IMG/VR virus record: IMGVR_UViG_3300043410_000495 | Span: 1 to 63,042 of that record | Source: a virus | Taxonomy: Duplodnaviria > Caudoviricetes | Reading direction: 5' to 3' (one strand) | Length of the DNA: 63,042 bases | Shown: positions 40,616 through 49,509 of the stretch, piece after piece | Layout: each line of letters begins with the position of its first letter | Numbering within the stretch: position 1 is the first letter of the stretch | Made by a program: the position numbers and the translations under genes | Notes under the pieces: model-generated | What the model was told of the DNA's origin: nothing | What the model saw: the letters and a program-made list of their open reading frames with translations, nothing else | Database searches by the model: none

Positions 40616-41223
40616 AACGGTTTCCTATAATACAAGCAGACGTATTTGCGACTAACTGTGGTACACCAGAACAACGAAAGCAACTCATTGATGAAGCATG
40701 GGAAGCATATAAACAAAATGATTCTACGCTAGGATTTAGTAATCGTGGATGCTGGCGTAGCCATTTCAAATACAAGAATATTGATTGGTTGATGGATGAA
40801 ATACGTAATTTAGTTAATGAAGCAGGTAATCATTATCAAATGCAAGACCCACTGTATAAAGAAAAATCAAGTTTTTTTGGCGCAGCCGAAGTAAACTATT
40901 GGACTAACATTAATCAAATTGGCAGTAAAAATGCATTACATAATCATCAGTTACATCACTACGTAGCAGTGTATTACCTACAAGGCACAGGTACTGGCGA
41001 TATCATGTTTAGCAATCCATCTAATCTATTAGAAGGATGCAACCCTTATGCTCCTTTTGTCAGCGCATCAACATTTAGCCCAGATGATGGCGATTTATAT
41101 GTATGGCCAGCATGGTTGCCACATGAAACGGAAATCAATAACTCTGGAAGACATAGAATTAATATAGCCTTCAATATTAGATTCCAAGCACCTCAAAATA
41201 TATACAATGAAAAATACTATTGA
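40612..41223 (+). CDS. 2OG-Fe(II) oxygenase (HxH...H type)
   Basis: WTNIN, LHNH...VAVYYLQ, GDLYVWPAWLPHET, RINIAFN; ATGA overlap with the upstream stop. Confidence 0.8.
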   Translation: MKRFPIIQADVFATNCGTPEQRKQLIDEAWEAYKQNDSTLGFSNRGCWRSHFKYKNIDWLMDEIRNLVNEAGNHYQMQDPLYKEKSSFFGAAEVNYWTNINQIGSKNALHNHQLHHYVAVYYLQGTGTGDIMFSNPSNLLEGCNPYAPFVSASTFSPDDGDLYVWPAWLPHETEINNSGRHRINIAFNIRFQAPQNIYNEKYY

Positions 41224-41959
41224 ATTCTATTCTGATATTGCAGGTGTTGTTGATGCATATCCTATAGTAAAACCAACCGACGTGCTACCAAATTGGATAG
41301 CAACAGTTCGTGCTGATTATAAACAAGCAGACAAAACACAACCACATCTATACAGATGTCCTGGTATTTTTGACTTATTCAATTATGGGTTCATTGTTCC
41401 AGCATGGCATGATGTTACATTGAATACAGATGGTGAAAACTATGGTTGGCTGGTTCCAAATGATGACCTAAAATTATTAATGGGTTCAAATCAAGTAGCA
41501 CAAATACACAGTCATAAAACAGTGGCAAAATACTTACCTCGCCCACCGTATGCGCATCCTAGTGTATTAAAACTAAACACACCGTGGCATGTAGTAGCGC
41601 CAAAAGGTATTAAACTATTAATTACTGCTGTGCCATATCCTGATAGTTACGACTTCCAAGCGCTGACTGGAATTCTTGATCCTGCTATTAGCACAGAAGT
41701 AAACATTCAATTAAATTGGCACACACCAATTGGAACAAAAACAATACGTGCAGGTACTCCTCTTGCGCATATTATACCAATTAGCGAACGCAACTTAGAA
41801 CTGATTGTTAGAGACAAAAACAGTTGGGATGAGATGTGGTCACTAAAACGCCGATATTTTAATGCAATGAATTTTGTATTGAATAGAAGCAAAATCAAAT
41901 CCATGTATGAACGGCATTTCCATGGTGGTAAATGTCCATTTCATTTCTGGAAAAAATAG
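41207..41959 (+). CDS. Hypothetical protein (DUF6065-like phage family) with C-terminal KCPFH
   Basis: RCPGIFD...GFIVPAW, KLNTPW...PKG, GILD, IRAGTPLAHIIP pattern, often seen next to phage 2OG oxygenases. Confidence 0.5.
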   Translation: MKNTIEFYSDIAGVVDAYPIVKPTDVLPNWIATVRADYKQADKTQPHLYRCPGIFDLFNYGFIVPAWHDVTLNTDGENYGWLVPNDDLKLLMGSNQVAQIHSHKTVAKYLPRPPYAHPSVLKLNTPWHVVAPKGIKLLITAVPYPDSYDFQALTGILDPAISTEVNIQLNWHTPIGTKTIRAGTPLAHIIPISERNLELIVRDKNSWDEMWSLKRRYFNAMNFVLNRSKIKSMYERHFHGGKCPFHFWKK

Positions 41960-41967
41960 GAGAAACT

Positions 41968-43011
41968 ATGGAGTTCATAACTTCTGTCCTACTAAAGGAC
42001 ATCACATATCTATGGATGATTTTCTTCATTATGATCAGTGCTGGACTAGCAAAAGAGTATCAACTCTTCGCCCCAGCATTTGCCTATGTAAGAAACACAT
42101 TTCGTAGTAATAGATTTGTTGTCGCTCTCTTAAGTGCAATAGGTGGTGTGCTACCCATTGAAGGTCGTGTTACTGTATCAGCAGGCTTGTTAGATACAGT
42201 AGCACCTAAAGATGGAGCAGGGCGTCAAAAAATGGGTATTGTTGATTATCTAGCAACTCACCACTATTATATGTGGTCACCACTAGAGAAAACAGTTATT
42301 CTTCCTATTGCTGCTTTTGGTCTTACTTACTCTGCGTGGTTACAAACCATAGCACCATTATTAGTTGTTAGTTTGGCTTTTATTGGTTGGTATGTTTGGA
42401 CACAGGTAAAAGAAGATGAAGTAGTTATTACACCTGGTAATTTTAAATTGTCTGCAGTTATTCGTAATGTATTTCCAATGATTATCGCAATTGGTTTTTA
42501 CATTTATAATGAACGTTGGATGATTAGTTGCTTTGGATTTTTAACTCTCTACTATATGTTTATCACTCAACAATGGAATTTCAAGAAGTTATTTGGATAT
42601 GTTCGTTGGGATGTTTTAGCAATAGTGGCAGTAGTTATAATGGTAGGAAACTACTTTAAGAGTAACAATGCATTATTTGAAACTATTATACGTGGCACAG
42701 TGATTGATCCAACTACATTTGTTGGTATGTTGATCATATCTGTACTAGGGTTTGTAATTAGTTTTCTAATGGGTTCAAGTGGTAAGTTTGTGGCAATCGC
42801 TGTGCTTATGGCACAAGTGTTCGGAACTGAATATTTCTTATGGTTCTTTGCTGTGGATTTCACTGCTTATTTGTTAAGTCCAACTCACAAGTGTATTAGT
42901 GTGGGTAATAGATATTTTGGAACACCTTTGAATACCTATTATCGTGCATTAAGTGCGTGGGGTTTAATTATGCTGGTAACAGCAGGACTATTTACATTTA
43001 TAAGGATTTAA
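41968..43011 (+). CDS. Multi-pass inner-membrane transporter-like protein (DUF401 / IT superfamily-like)
   Basis: About 10 hydrophobic segments; GGVLPIEGRVTVSA, THHYYMWSPLE, YLLSPTHKC...YF resemble DUF401 motifs; SD AGGAGA before ATG 41968. Confidence 0.65.
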   Translation: MEFITSVLLKDITYLWMIFFIMISAGLAKEYQLFAPAFAYVRNTFRSNRFVVALLSAIGGVLPIEGRVTVSAGLLDTVAPKDGAGRQKMGIVDYLATHHYYMWSPLEKTVILPIAAFGLTYSAWLQTIAPLLVVSLAFIGWYVWTQVKEDEVVITPGNFKLSAVIRNVFPMIIAIGFYIYNERWMISCFGFLTLYYMFITQQWNFKKLFGYVRWDVLAIVAVVIMVGNYFKSNNALFETIIRGTVIDPTTFVGMLIISVLGFVISFLMGSSGKFVAIAVLMAQVFGTEYFLWFFAVDFTAYLLSPTHKCISVGNRYFGTPLNTYYRALSAWGLIMLVTAGLFTFIRI

Positions 43012-43012
43012 A

Positions 43013-43630
43013 ATGAAAAAACTTTTTGTAGTACTTTTGATGTTGTCTAACTTTGCTTTTGCAGAATCTGGTCAACCTCGTGTTGCATTTGAATATGAAC
43101 ATGAAACTTCTAAGAATGGGGGGAACAATATTGCATTTAGCATGTATCCCGGAATTCAGTGGAAAGAAGGATGGCTAAATCGTGCTGAATTAATGCTTGA
43201 AGGGAATCAGGACAATATGTACGATAACGGAAAAACTGGTAATAATACTCAAACTAAAATGGGTGTTAGATTACGCACAGATTTTAAACTAGGAGCAGGA
43301 TTTAGTGGTTATGTGCGTGGACTAGTTGGACGTGCAATGAGTAATGAAGAAAATTATGATTATGTATACTTAGAACCAGCAATTAAGTATAGTTTTAATA
43401 ATACTTGGAGTTGGACGGTTAGTGATCGTATTATTCGTACAATGGATGGAACAGATGGCAAGGACGTAAATAAATTGCGCTTTGGTCCAAATTGGGAAAT
43501 TAATAAAAACAATGTACTAGAACTACGATATGCTCTAGTTTATTATGCAGATAGTCATAATATTCTAAACCCAAATAATGGGGCTAGAAAGGCTGATGCT
43601 TGGATTTTAGAATATGCATATAAGTTCTAA
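43013..43630 (+). CDS. Outer-membrane beta-barrel (small porin, KdgM-like)
   Basis: Sec signal MKKLFVVLLMLSNFAFA, amphipathic beta strands, C-terminal EYAYKF (terminal Phe BAM signal). Confidence 0.75.
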   Translation: MKKLFVVLLMLSNFAFAESGQPRVAFEYEHETSKNGGNNIAFSMYPGIQWKEGWLNRAELMLEGNQDNMYDNGKTGNNTQTKMGVRLRTDFKLGAGFSGYVRGLVGRAMSNEENYDYVYLEPAIKYSFNNTWSWTVSDRIIRTMDGTDGKDVNKLRFGPNWEINKNNVLELRYALVYYADSHNILNPNNGARKADAWILEYAYKF

Positions 43631-43651
43631 AATACCATTTTAATCCAATTT

Positions 43652-43678
43652 TAGGGGGCTTCGGCTCCCTATTTTTTT
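43652..43678 (+). terminator. Rho-independent terminator closing the operon
   Basis: TAGGGGGC-TTCG-GCTCCCTA-TTTTTTT. Confidence 0.85.
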
Positions 43679-43690
43679 GTCTATTTTTTC

Positions 43691-43698
43691 TATAAATA
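43691..43698 (+). promoter_or_regulatory. T4-late-type promoter
   Basis: Exact TATAAATA. Confidence 0.75.
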
Positions 43699-43721
43699 AG
43701 GAATAATAGGCAGAGATAATA

Positions 43722-45356
43722 ATGGCATTTCCAATTTCACCCGTTAATGGACAAACAACAACTGTTAACGGAATACGATATATATATGCATCAACGACAA
43801 ATACCTGGTCTAGAATTCCTTCTGGAAAGTATACTGCGGCCGCAACTGGCCCTAGTAATCCCTCCACAGGTGATCACTGGTATAATACCAGTGAGGATAC
43901 CCTATACGAATATGTAAGCGACGGTGTTAGCAGTTACTGGATAGATATACAAACAGGTTTTGTTGGTGGTAGTTCAACAGGACTGCTATCAAACACAACA
44001 ATAGCCGGCACACTAACAATGACTGGTAATATTTTACCATCAGCAAATGTTACATATGACCTAGGTTCGTCGGCATATAGATTTAGAGATTTGTGGTTAT
44101 CGGGTAATACTATTCGCTTAGGTGGAGCAACAATTAGTGCTACAGCAGACACTTTAGTTTTATCCAACCCCGGCGGGGGATCGTATGTATTAGCAGGAAA
44201 TGCAATTACCGGTAATACCACTAACACCTATGGAAATATTACTGTATCAGCAAATGTAATTACATCTAATGTGTATGCAGATAGATTTTTCTATTCCAAT
44301 GGTACAGCATTTAGTAGCGGATCAAGTTACGGTAATACAGAAGTAGCTACTTACTTAACTTCAAATGTTTCTGGGTTAGTCTCAACTACATCCGGAATAC
44401 AACTACCGTCGGGAACCACAGCACAAAGACCAGCTAATCCTCAACCTGGAGTAATGCGATACAACACTACACTTACTAGAGTAGAAGCATATATGCCTGG
44501 TGCAGGTTGGTCGGAAGTTGTTGGAGATGTATATAGTATTGAATATCTAGCTATTGCTGGTGGTGGCGGTGGAGGTACAGGTGGTAGTCAAGACTCTGGT
44601 GGCGGTGGAGGTGCTGGCGGTGTAGTTGGTGCTACAGTAACTGGCGTTGTGCCTGGCACGATATTAACTATTACTGTTGGTGCAGGTGCAGCTGGATTTA
44701 CTTCTGGCGGTCAAAACGGAAATCCTGGTGCAAACACAACAATCACAGCAACAGGTTATTCATTTACAACAGCCCTTAAAGGTGGATATGGAGTAGGTGA
44801 ATCAGGAAATAGAAATGGTGGTAGTGGTTGGGGTTCAGGTGGTGGTGCTGGTGGATGGAGTGGAACACAAGGTACCGGAACAGCAGGACAGGGATACGAT
44901 GGTGGCGCAGTAGGATTGTCTGGTGGTGGGTCATCAGGTGGTGGTGGTGGAGCAGGTGGTGCTGGTACACACAATGGTGGAGTAGGAACGTCATCGTATT
45001 CTGCTTGGGGTACAGCAACCGGAAAAGGTCAAAATGTAGGAGGCACATATTATTTTGCTGGCGGTGGCGGCGGCGCCGGTGATGGAAGAAATATTAGTGC
45101 AGGAGGCACTGGTGGATCAGGTGGCGGTGGTGCTGGTGGATGGAACGGAGGTACAGGCGATGGTGTAGTAAATACCGGCAGTGGTGGTGGTGGTGGCACT
45201 GGTAGTAGTTACGGACCACAAACGTCAGGTGCAGGTGGATCAGGGATTGTTATTCTTCGTTATCTTGGCTCCCAAAGAGGCCTCGGAGGCAACATTGTTA
45301 CAGCGGCTGGATACACGTACCATACGTTTACTGGTTCAGGATCATACACAGCTTAA
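43722..45356 (+). CDS. Fibre protein with glycine-rich tip
   Basis: MAFPISPVNGQ anchor, GDHWY...WID, LPSGTTAQRP, poly-Gly, YTYHTF. Confidence 0.75.
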   Translation: MAFPISPVNGQTTTVNGIRYIYASTTNTWSRIPSGKYTAAATGPSNPSTGDHWYNTSEDTLYEYVSDGVSSYWIDIQTGFVGGSSTGLLSNTTIAGTLTMTGNILPSANVTYDLGSSAYRFRDLWLSGNTIRLGGATISATADTLVLSNPGGGSYVLAGNAITGNTTNTYGNITVSANVITSNVYADRFFYSNGTAFSSGSSYGNTEVATYLTSNVSGLVSTTSGIQLPSGTTAQRPANPQPGVMRYNTTLTRVEAYMPGAGWSEVVGDVYSIEYLAIAGGGGGGTGGSQDSGGGGGAGGVVGATVTGVVPGTILTITVGAGAAGFTSGGQNGNPGANTTITATGYSFTTALKGGYGVGESGNRNGGSGWGSGGGAGGWSGTQGTGTAGQGYDGGAVGLSGGGSSGGGGGAGGAGTHNGGVGTSSYSAWGTATGKGQNVGGTYYFAGGGGGAGDGRNISAGGTGGSGGGGAGGWNGGTGDGVVNTGSGGGGGTGSSYGPQTSGAGGSGIVILRYLGSQRGLGGNIVTAAGYTYHTFTGSGSYTA

Positions 45357-45370
45357 TAGGATAAAAGACA

Positions 45371-45730
45371 ATGGCACACTTTGCAAAACTTGGGCTTGAC
45401 AACATAGTAATAGAAGTACTAGTTGTTAACAACATTGATACAATGACTCCGCAAGGAGAAGAAATAGAAGAAATTGGTATAGAGTTTTTAAGAAAGTTAA
45501 CTGGACACGAAACCTGGAAACAAACATCGTATAACGGAAATTTTCGTAAAAATTATGCAGCCGAAGGGTATACATACGATAGTACTCGGGATGCATTTAT
45601 TCCTCCAAAACCATATGCGTCTTGGATATTAGATGAGAATACATGTTGGTGGTACCCTCCGATACCCTACCCAACAGATGGTAATTCGTATAAATGGAAC
45701 GAGGATACCCAAAATTGGGAATCTGTATAA
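45371..45730 (+). CDS. MAHFA-family protein (copy 2)
   Basis: Paralog of 33655-34017, again directly after a Gly-rich gene. Confidence 0.7.
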   Translation: MAHFAKLGLDNIVIEVLVVNNIDTMTPQGEEIEEIGIEFLRKLTGHETWKQTSYNGNFRKNYAAEGYTYDSTRDAFIPPKPYASWILDENTCWWYPPIPYPTDGNSYKWNEDTQNWESV

Positions 45731-45741
45731 GGATAAAATAA

Positions 45742-46272
45742 ATGGCATTTCCAACATCACCAACTAATGGGCAAACAACAACAGTAAACGGTATTACCTA
45801 TGCCTACAACTCTACTAATAATGCTTGGAAACGCCAAACATTAACTGATATTACTGTTACTGGTAATATTACTGCAGCACAGAATATTACTGCCCTAAAC
45901 TATTTTTATAGTAATGCCTCCCCATTAATTGCTTCAGTTTATGATTTAGATGAAATATATCCAGATGGTACTACCAATACATTTTATACAAGATATAATC
46001 AAAGTAATGTAAGCATTCCCCATCCATGGGCAGTTATGGTCACGATCAATGGATTCTTCCAGCCAGCATTTAATGCTAATTATGATACTGTTTGGCTGAG
46101 TTCAACTTTAACTTCCCAAAATGGATATACGATTGACACAGATGGAAACATCAAGTTTTCTGACTGTCCCCCACCAGGAACCACTGTAATAGCCAGAACA
46201 CAGGTTGCTTCTGCTCCTACTACAACTAAAACCTATCCATTCAAACCGTTAGATATACTGCTTGGCATATAA
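45742..46272 (+). CDS. Short fibre/linker protein
   Basis: MAFPTSPTNGQ anchor plus INGFFQP...FSDCPP domain. Confidence 0.6.
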   Translation: MAFPTSPTNGQTTTVNGITYAYNSTNNAWKRQTLTDITVTGNITAAQNITALNYFYSNASPLIASVYDLDEIYPDGTTNTFYTRYNQSNVSIPHPWAVMVTINGFFQPAFNANYDTVWLSSTLTSQNGYTIDTDGNIKFSDCPPPGTTVIARTQVASAPTTTKTYPFKPLDILLGI

Positions 46273-46308
46273 GCATAAATATCGGATAGAGCACTCTTTG
46301 GAGCAAAA

Positions 46309-49300
46309 ATGGCAAGAAAAACCATATTAGATACATATTACACATTTACCCCATCAACCAAAACTATTGTGATTCCACGTCCAATCCCACGTGAACGTAT
46401 GGTTTTGATTACCAATGTTACCACAAATCAGGTAATTTTTAATTTTTCAGACGCTAGTTTAAAAGAAACTAGTCATACGATTGCAACTGATGCAACTGGA
46501 ACAACAACCACAACTGTGGTATTACAATATAATACTGCCTCAATGTCATCAACTGACAAGTTGCAAATTATTGTTGATGAATATGATGAAAAATTTAGTC
46601 CATCAGAATTATATACAGACCCTGTTAATAAATTTCGTGTAAGTCAACCACAAGCACTGATTGATACTGACTTTGAATATGGTGCACAATCAACCAAATG
46701 GGAAAGTTTGGCATTGGTTAATAACAAGCCAATGGGATATTATTCAGTTACTTCGCCATTAACAATTACTAACATTTCTGTCACTAATGGTTCTCGTTCA
46801 GTCACTGTTGCAACTACAACTCCACCAGGTGCTGGTTCTATTGTATACATACAAGACACATTATGGTCAGCAGCAGATGGCGTTTATGTAGTTGATTCTG
46901 TTAGTGCAGGTGTGAGTTTTACTTATACCGCAAGAGTACAATATACTGGAACAAGTGGATCAATTTTTGATTCTGCAAGATCATTAGTTTATGTGGGAAA
47001 TTTCTTTAGTAATGCTGCAATTGGTATTGGTAGTTTTGGTTTTAGTGGTAACAATGTTAACTGTGTTACTAGCATTCCACATGGTTTAGCAGTTGGCAAT
47101 GAAATCGCTGTGGCAGGAACCACGGCATCAACAAACGCACCAAATGGTTCATGGGTTGTTGCCACCGTAGGTAACAGTACCTCATTTAATTTTTATGTAA
47201 CTAATACACCAACAGGAACTATTTCTGGTGGATCATTGTATCCAAGACCAGTTGGACAATTCTTACATCGTGCATTTGATGGTGGTGTGCAGTTTAGTAC
47301 CTTTGCACAAAGTCATAATCAACAATTAATTCGTCAGACACGTCGTTATTTCCGCTATCAATCTGGTAAAGGTATCCAGATGTCAACTGGTACTATTTTA
47401 AAACCAAATATTAATGTTGACTATATTTCTAGTTCTGGTACTACTGTAACAGTTTACACAAAGCAAGCACATAATATTAATCCAGGCGTAACAGTTACCA
47501 TTAGTGGATGTAACGAAAGCGCATATAATGGTTCGTTCGCAGTAGCATCTGTGCTTGATCCTTATCGTTTCACGTATACTGCATCATCAACTCCTTCTGC
47601 ATCTGTTGCAACAGGATTGCCAGTACTATCAGTTACATCATGGTATGGTTCTAATACACGTCTTGGTATGTTTGATAATCAAAATGGTATTTTCTTTGAT
47701 TTTGATGGACAAACATTAAGTGCTGGTCGTCGTTCAAGTACATACCAGATTGCTGGGTTTGCTAACGTTGCCACTGGGGGTACTGTATTATCTGGTGCAA
47801 CCATTAATGGTGTTGGTACAAACTTTAGCAAACAATTAGTACCAAATGATTTTATTGTAATTCGTGGCATGTCATATCGTGTATTGAATATTACAAGTGA
47901 CACATCTGCAAATATCAGTCCTGCTTATCGTGGATTATCTAATGCTAATCTAGCAGTTGTTAGTAAAACTGTTGATAGACTGTTCCCACAAAGCCAATGG
48001 AATATTGATCGTGCAGATGGCACAGGACCAAGTGGATTTAATCTAGATTTGTCTCGTATGCAGATGTTTTATCTAGATTATTCATGGTATGGTGCTGGAT
48101 TTATTCGTTGGGGTTTCCGTGGGGCAGATGGAGGTATTGTTTATTGTCATAAGATAGCAAATAATAATATTAACTATGAAGCATACATGCGTTCTGGTAA
48201 CTTACCAGCACGTTATGAAACAAATACATTTGCCAAAAATTCTATTTTAACTACAAGTGCAGGTAGTACTGATACTACAATTTATTTGTCAGATACAACC
48301 AATTGGCCTCCAAGTGGTACAGCGTGGATAAAAAATCATAGCCAAAGTGAATATATTAACTATACTGGTTTAGGTGCTGTTGCTACCTTATCAATGACAT
48401 TAACATCTGGTAGTCCTACCCTAACAGGAACAAGTACTACTGGTGTTGTTGCTGGTCAATTTGTACAGGGCAATGGTATTCCTTATGGCACTACTGTATT
48501 GAGTGTTAGTGCTGGTGCATCAGTAACACTAAGCCAGAATGCATTAATAACAGGCACACAAACAATTAAGTTTAGTCCAACATTAACAGGTGTTACTCGT
48601 GGCAGTCCTGGTGTTACTCAAACAGTTACACAAACTGCAAACGTTGCTACAGTTACTACAGCAAACACTATTAATGTTCAACAAGGTATGTATGTTGTTG
48701 GTACTGGTATTCCTGAAAATACTTTTGTTTATAGTGTAACTGCTAATACCAGCATTTTACTAAGCCAAGCACCAACATCATCAACTACACAGGCGATGAT
48801 TTTTGCTCCAATGGCACAGGCACCGCAAACATGGACTTATTCTGCCACTGCACCAATTACTGTAGAATCACATAGTCCAAGTTTTGCACCTACTATTAGT
48901 CATTGGGGTACATCAGTGATTATGGATGGTCGTTATGATGACGATAAATCTCTTGTTTTCACACAGGGTATGACACAACCTATTGCAGTTTACAATGCGG
49001 GTGGTGGACAAACAGTTGCACTACAAAGTTTCCGAATTGCTCCAACTGTAAGCAGTGGTATTTCTGGTACTACACTGGGTTCACGTGAAATTGTAAATCG
49101 TATGCAGATGGTTCTACGACAAATGGACGTTTTGACCAATGGTAACTTCCTTATTACTCTAGTGTTGAATGGACAAGCAAACATCGCTACACCTGCTTGG
49201 TCAAGTGTTGGTGGATCAAGTCTTGCGCAGTACGTTAACCATACTGGTAATACTACGATTAGTGGTGGAGAAACAATATTTGGATTCTTCTTAAACACTG

Positions 49301-49509
49301 GTGCGGGTGGAACCAACTTTCAAACTACTCAACAAGATCTAGTGCTTGTTCGTGATCTTGGTACAAGCATTTTAAGTGGTGGTCAAGCCAATGTACAAGC
49401 TGCAATTTATCCAGATGGTCCAGATATTATTACTGTTGTTGCTCGTAACATTGGTACTGCCCCTGCTAACGTGTTTGCACGTTTATCATGGACTGAGGCA
49501 CAAGCGTAA
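46309..49509 (+). CDS. Large virion protein (paralog B)
   Basis: Paralog of 22371-24956 with extra GxxVxGxGIP modules; late box at 46274-46281. Confidence 0.7.
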   Translation: MARKTILDTYYTFTPSTKTIVIPRPIPRERMVLITNVTTNQVIFNFSDASLKETSHTIATDATGTTTTTVVLQYNTASMSSTDKLQIIVDEYDEKFSPSELYTDPVNKFRVSQPQALIDTDFEYGAQSTKWESLALVNNKPMGYYSVTSPLTITNISVTNGSRSVTVATTTPPGAGSIVYIQDTLWSAADGVYVVDSVSAGVSFTYTARVQYTGTSGSIFDSARSLVYVGNFFSNAAIGIGSFGFSGNNVNCVTSIPHGLAVGNEIAVAGTTASTNAPNGSWVVATVGNSTSFNFYVTNTPTGTISGGSLYPRPVGQFLHRAFDGGVQFSTFAQSHNQQLIRQTRRYFRYQSGKGIQMSTGTILKPNINVDYISSSGTTVTVYTKQAHNINPGVTVTISGCNESAYNGSFAVASVLDPYRFTYTASSTPSASVATGLPVLSVTSWYGSNTRLGMFDNQNGIFFDFDGQTLSAGRRSSTYQIAGFANVATGGTVLSGATINGVGTNFSKQLVPNDFIVIRGMSYRVLNITSDTSANISPAYRGLSNANLAVVSKTVDRLFPQSQWNIDRADGTGPSGFNLDLSRMQMFYLDYSWYGAGFIRWGFRGADGGIVYCHKIANNNINYEAYMRSGNLPARYETNTFAKNSILTTSAGSTDTTIYLSDTTNWPPSGTAWIKNHSQSEYINYTGLGAVATLSMTLTSGSPTLTGTSTTGVVAGQFVQGNGIPYGTTVLSVSAGASVTLSQNALITGTQTIKFSPTLTGVTRGSPGVTQTVTQTANVATVTTANTINVQQGMYVVGTGIPENTFVYSVTANTSILLSQAPTSSTTQAMIFAPMAQAPQTWTYSATAPITVESHSPSFAPTISHWGTSVIMDGRYDDDKSLVFTQGMTQPIAVYNAGGGQTVALQSFRIAPTVSSGISGTTLGSREIVNRMQMVLRQMDVLTNGNFLITLVLNGQANIATPAWSSVGGSSLAQYVNHTGNTTISGGETIFGFFLNTGAGGTNFQTTQQDLVLVRDLGTSILSGGQANVQAAIYPDGPDIITVVARNIGTAPANVFARLSWTEAQA

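Noticed and set aside
44828-45082. Trp/Arg-rich ORF resembling an antimicrobial peptide
   Set aside because: Alternative frame of GGT/GGA glycine codons in the Gly-rich gene; no RBS
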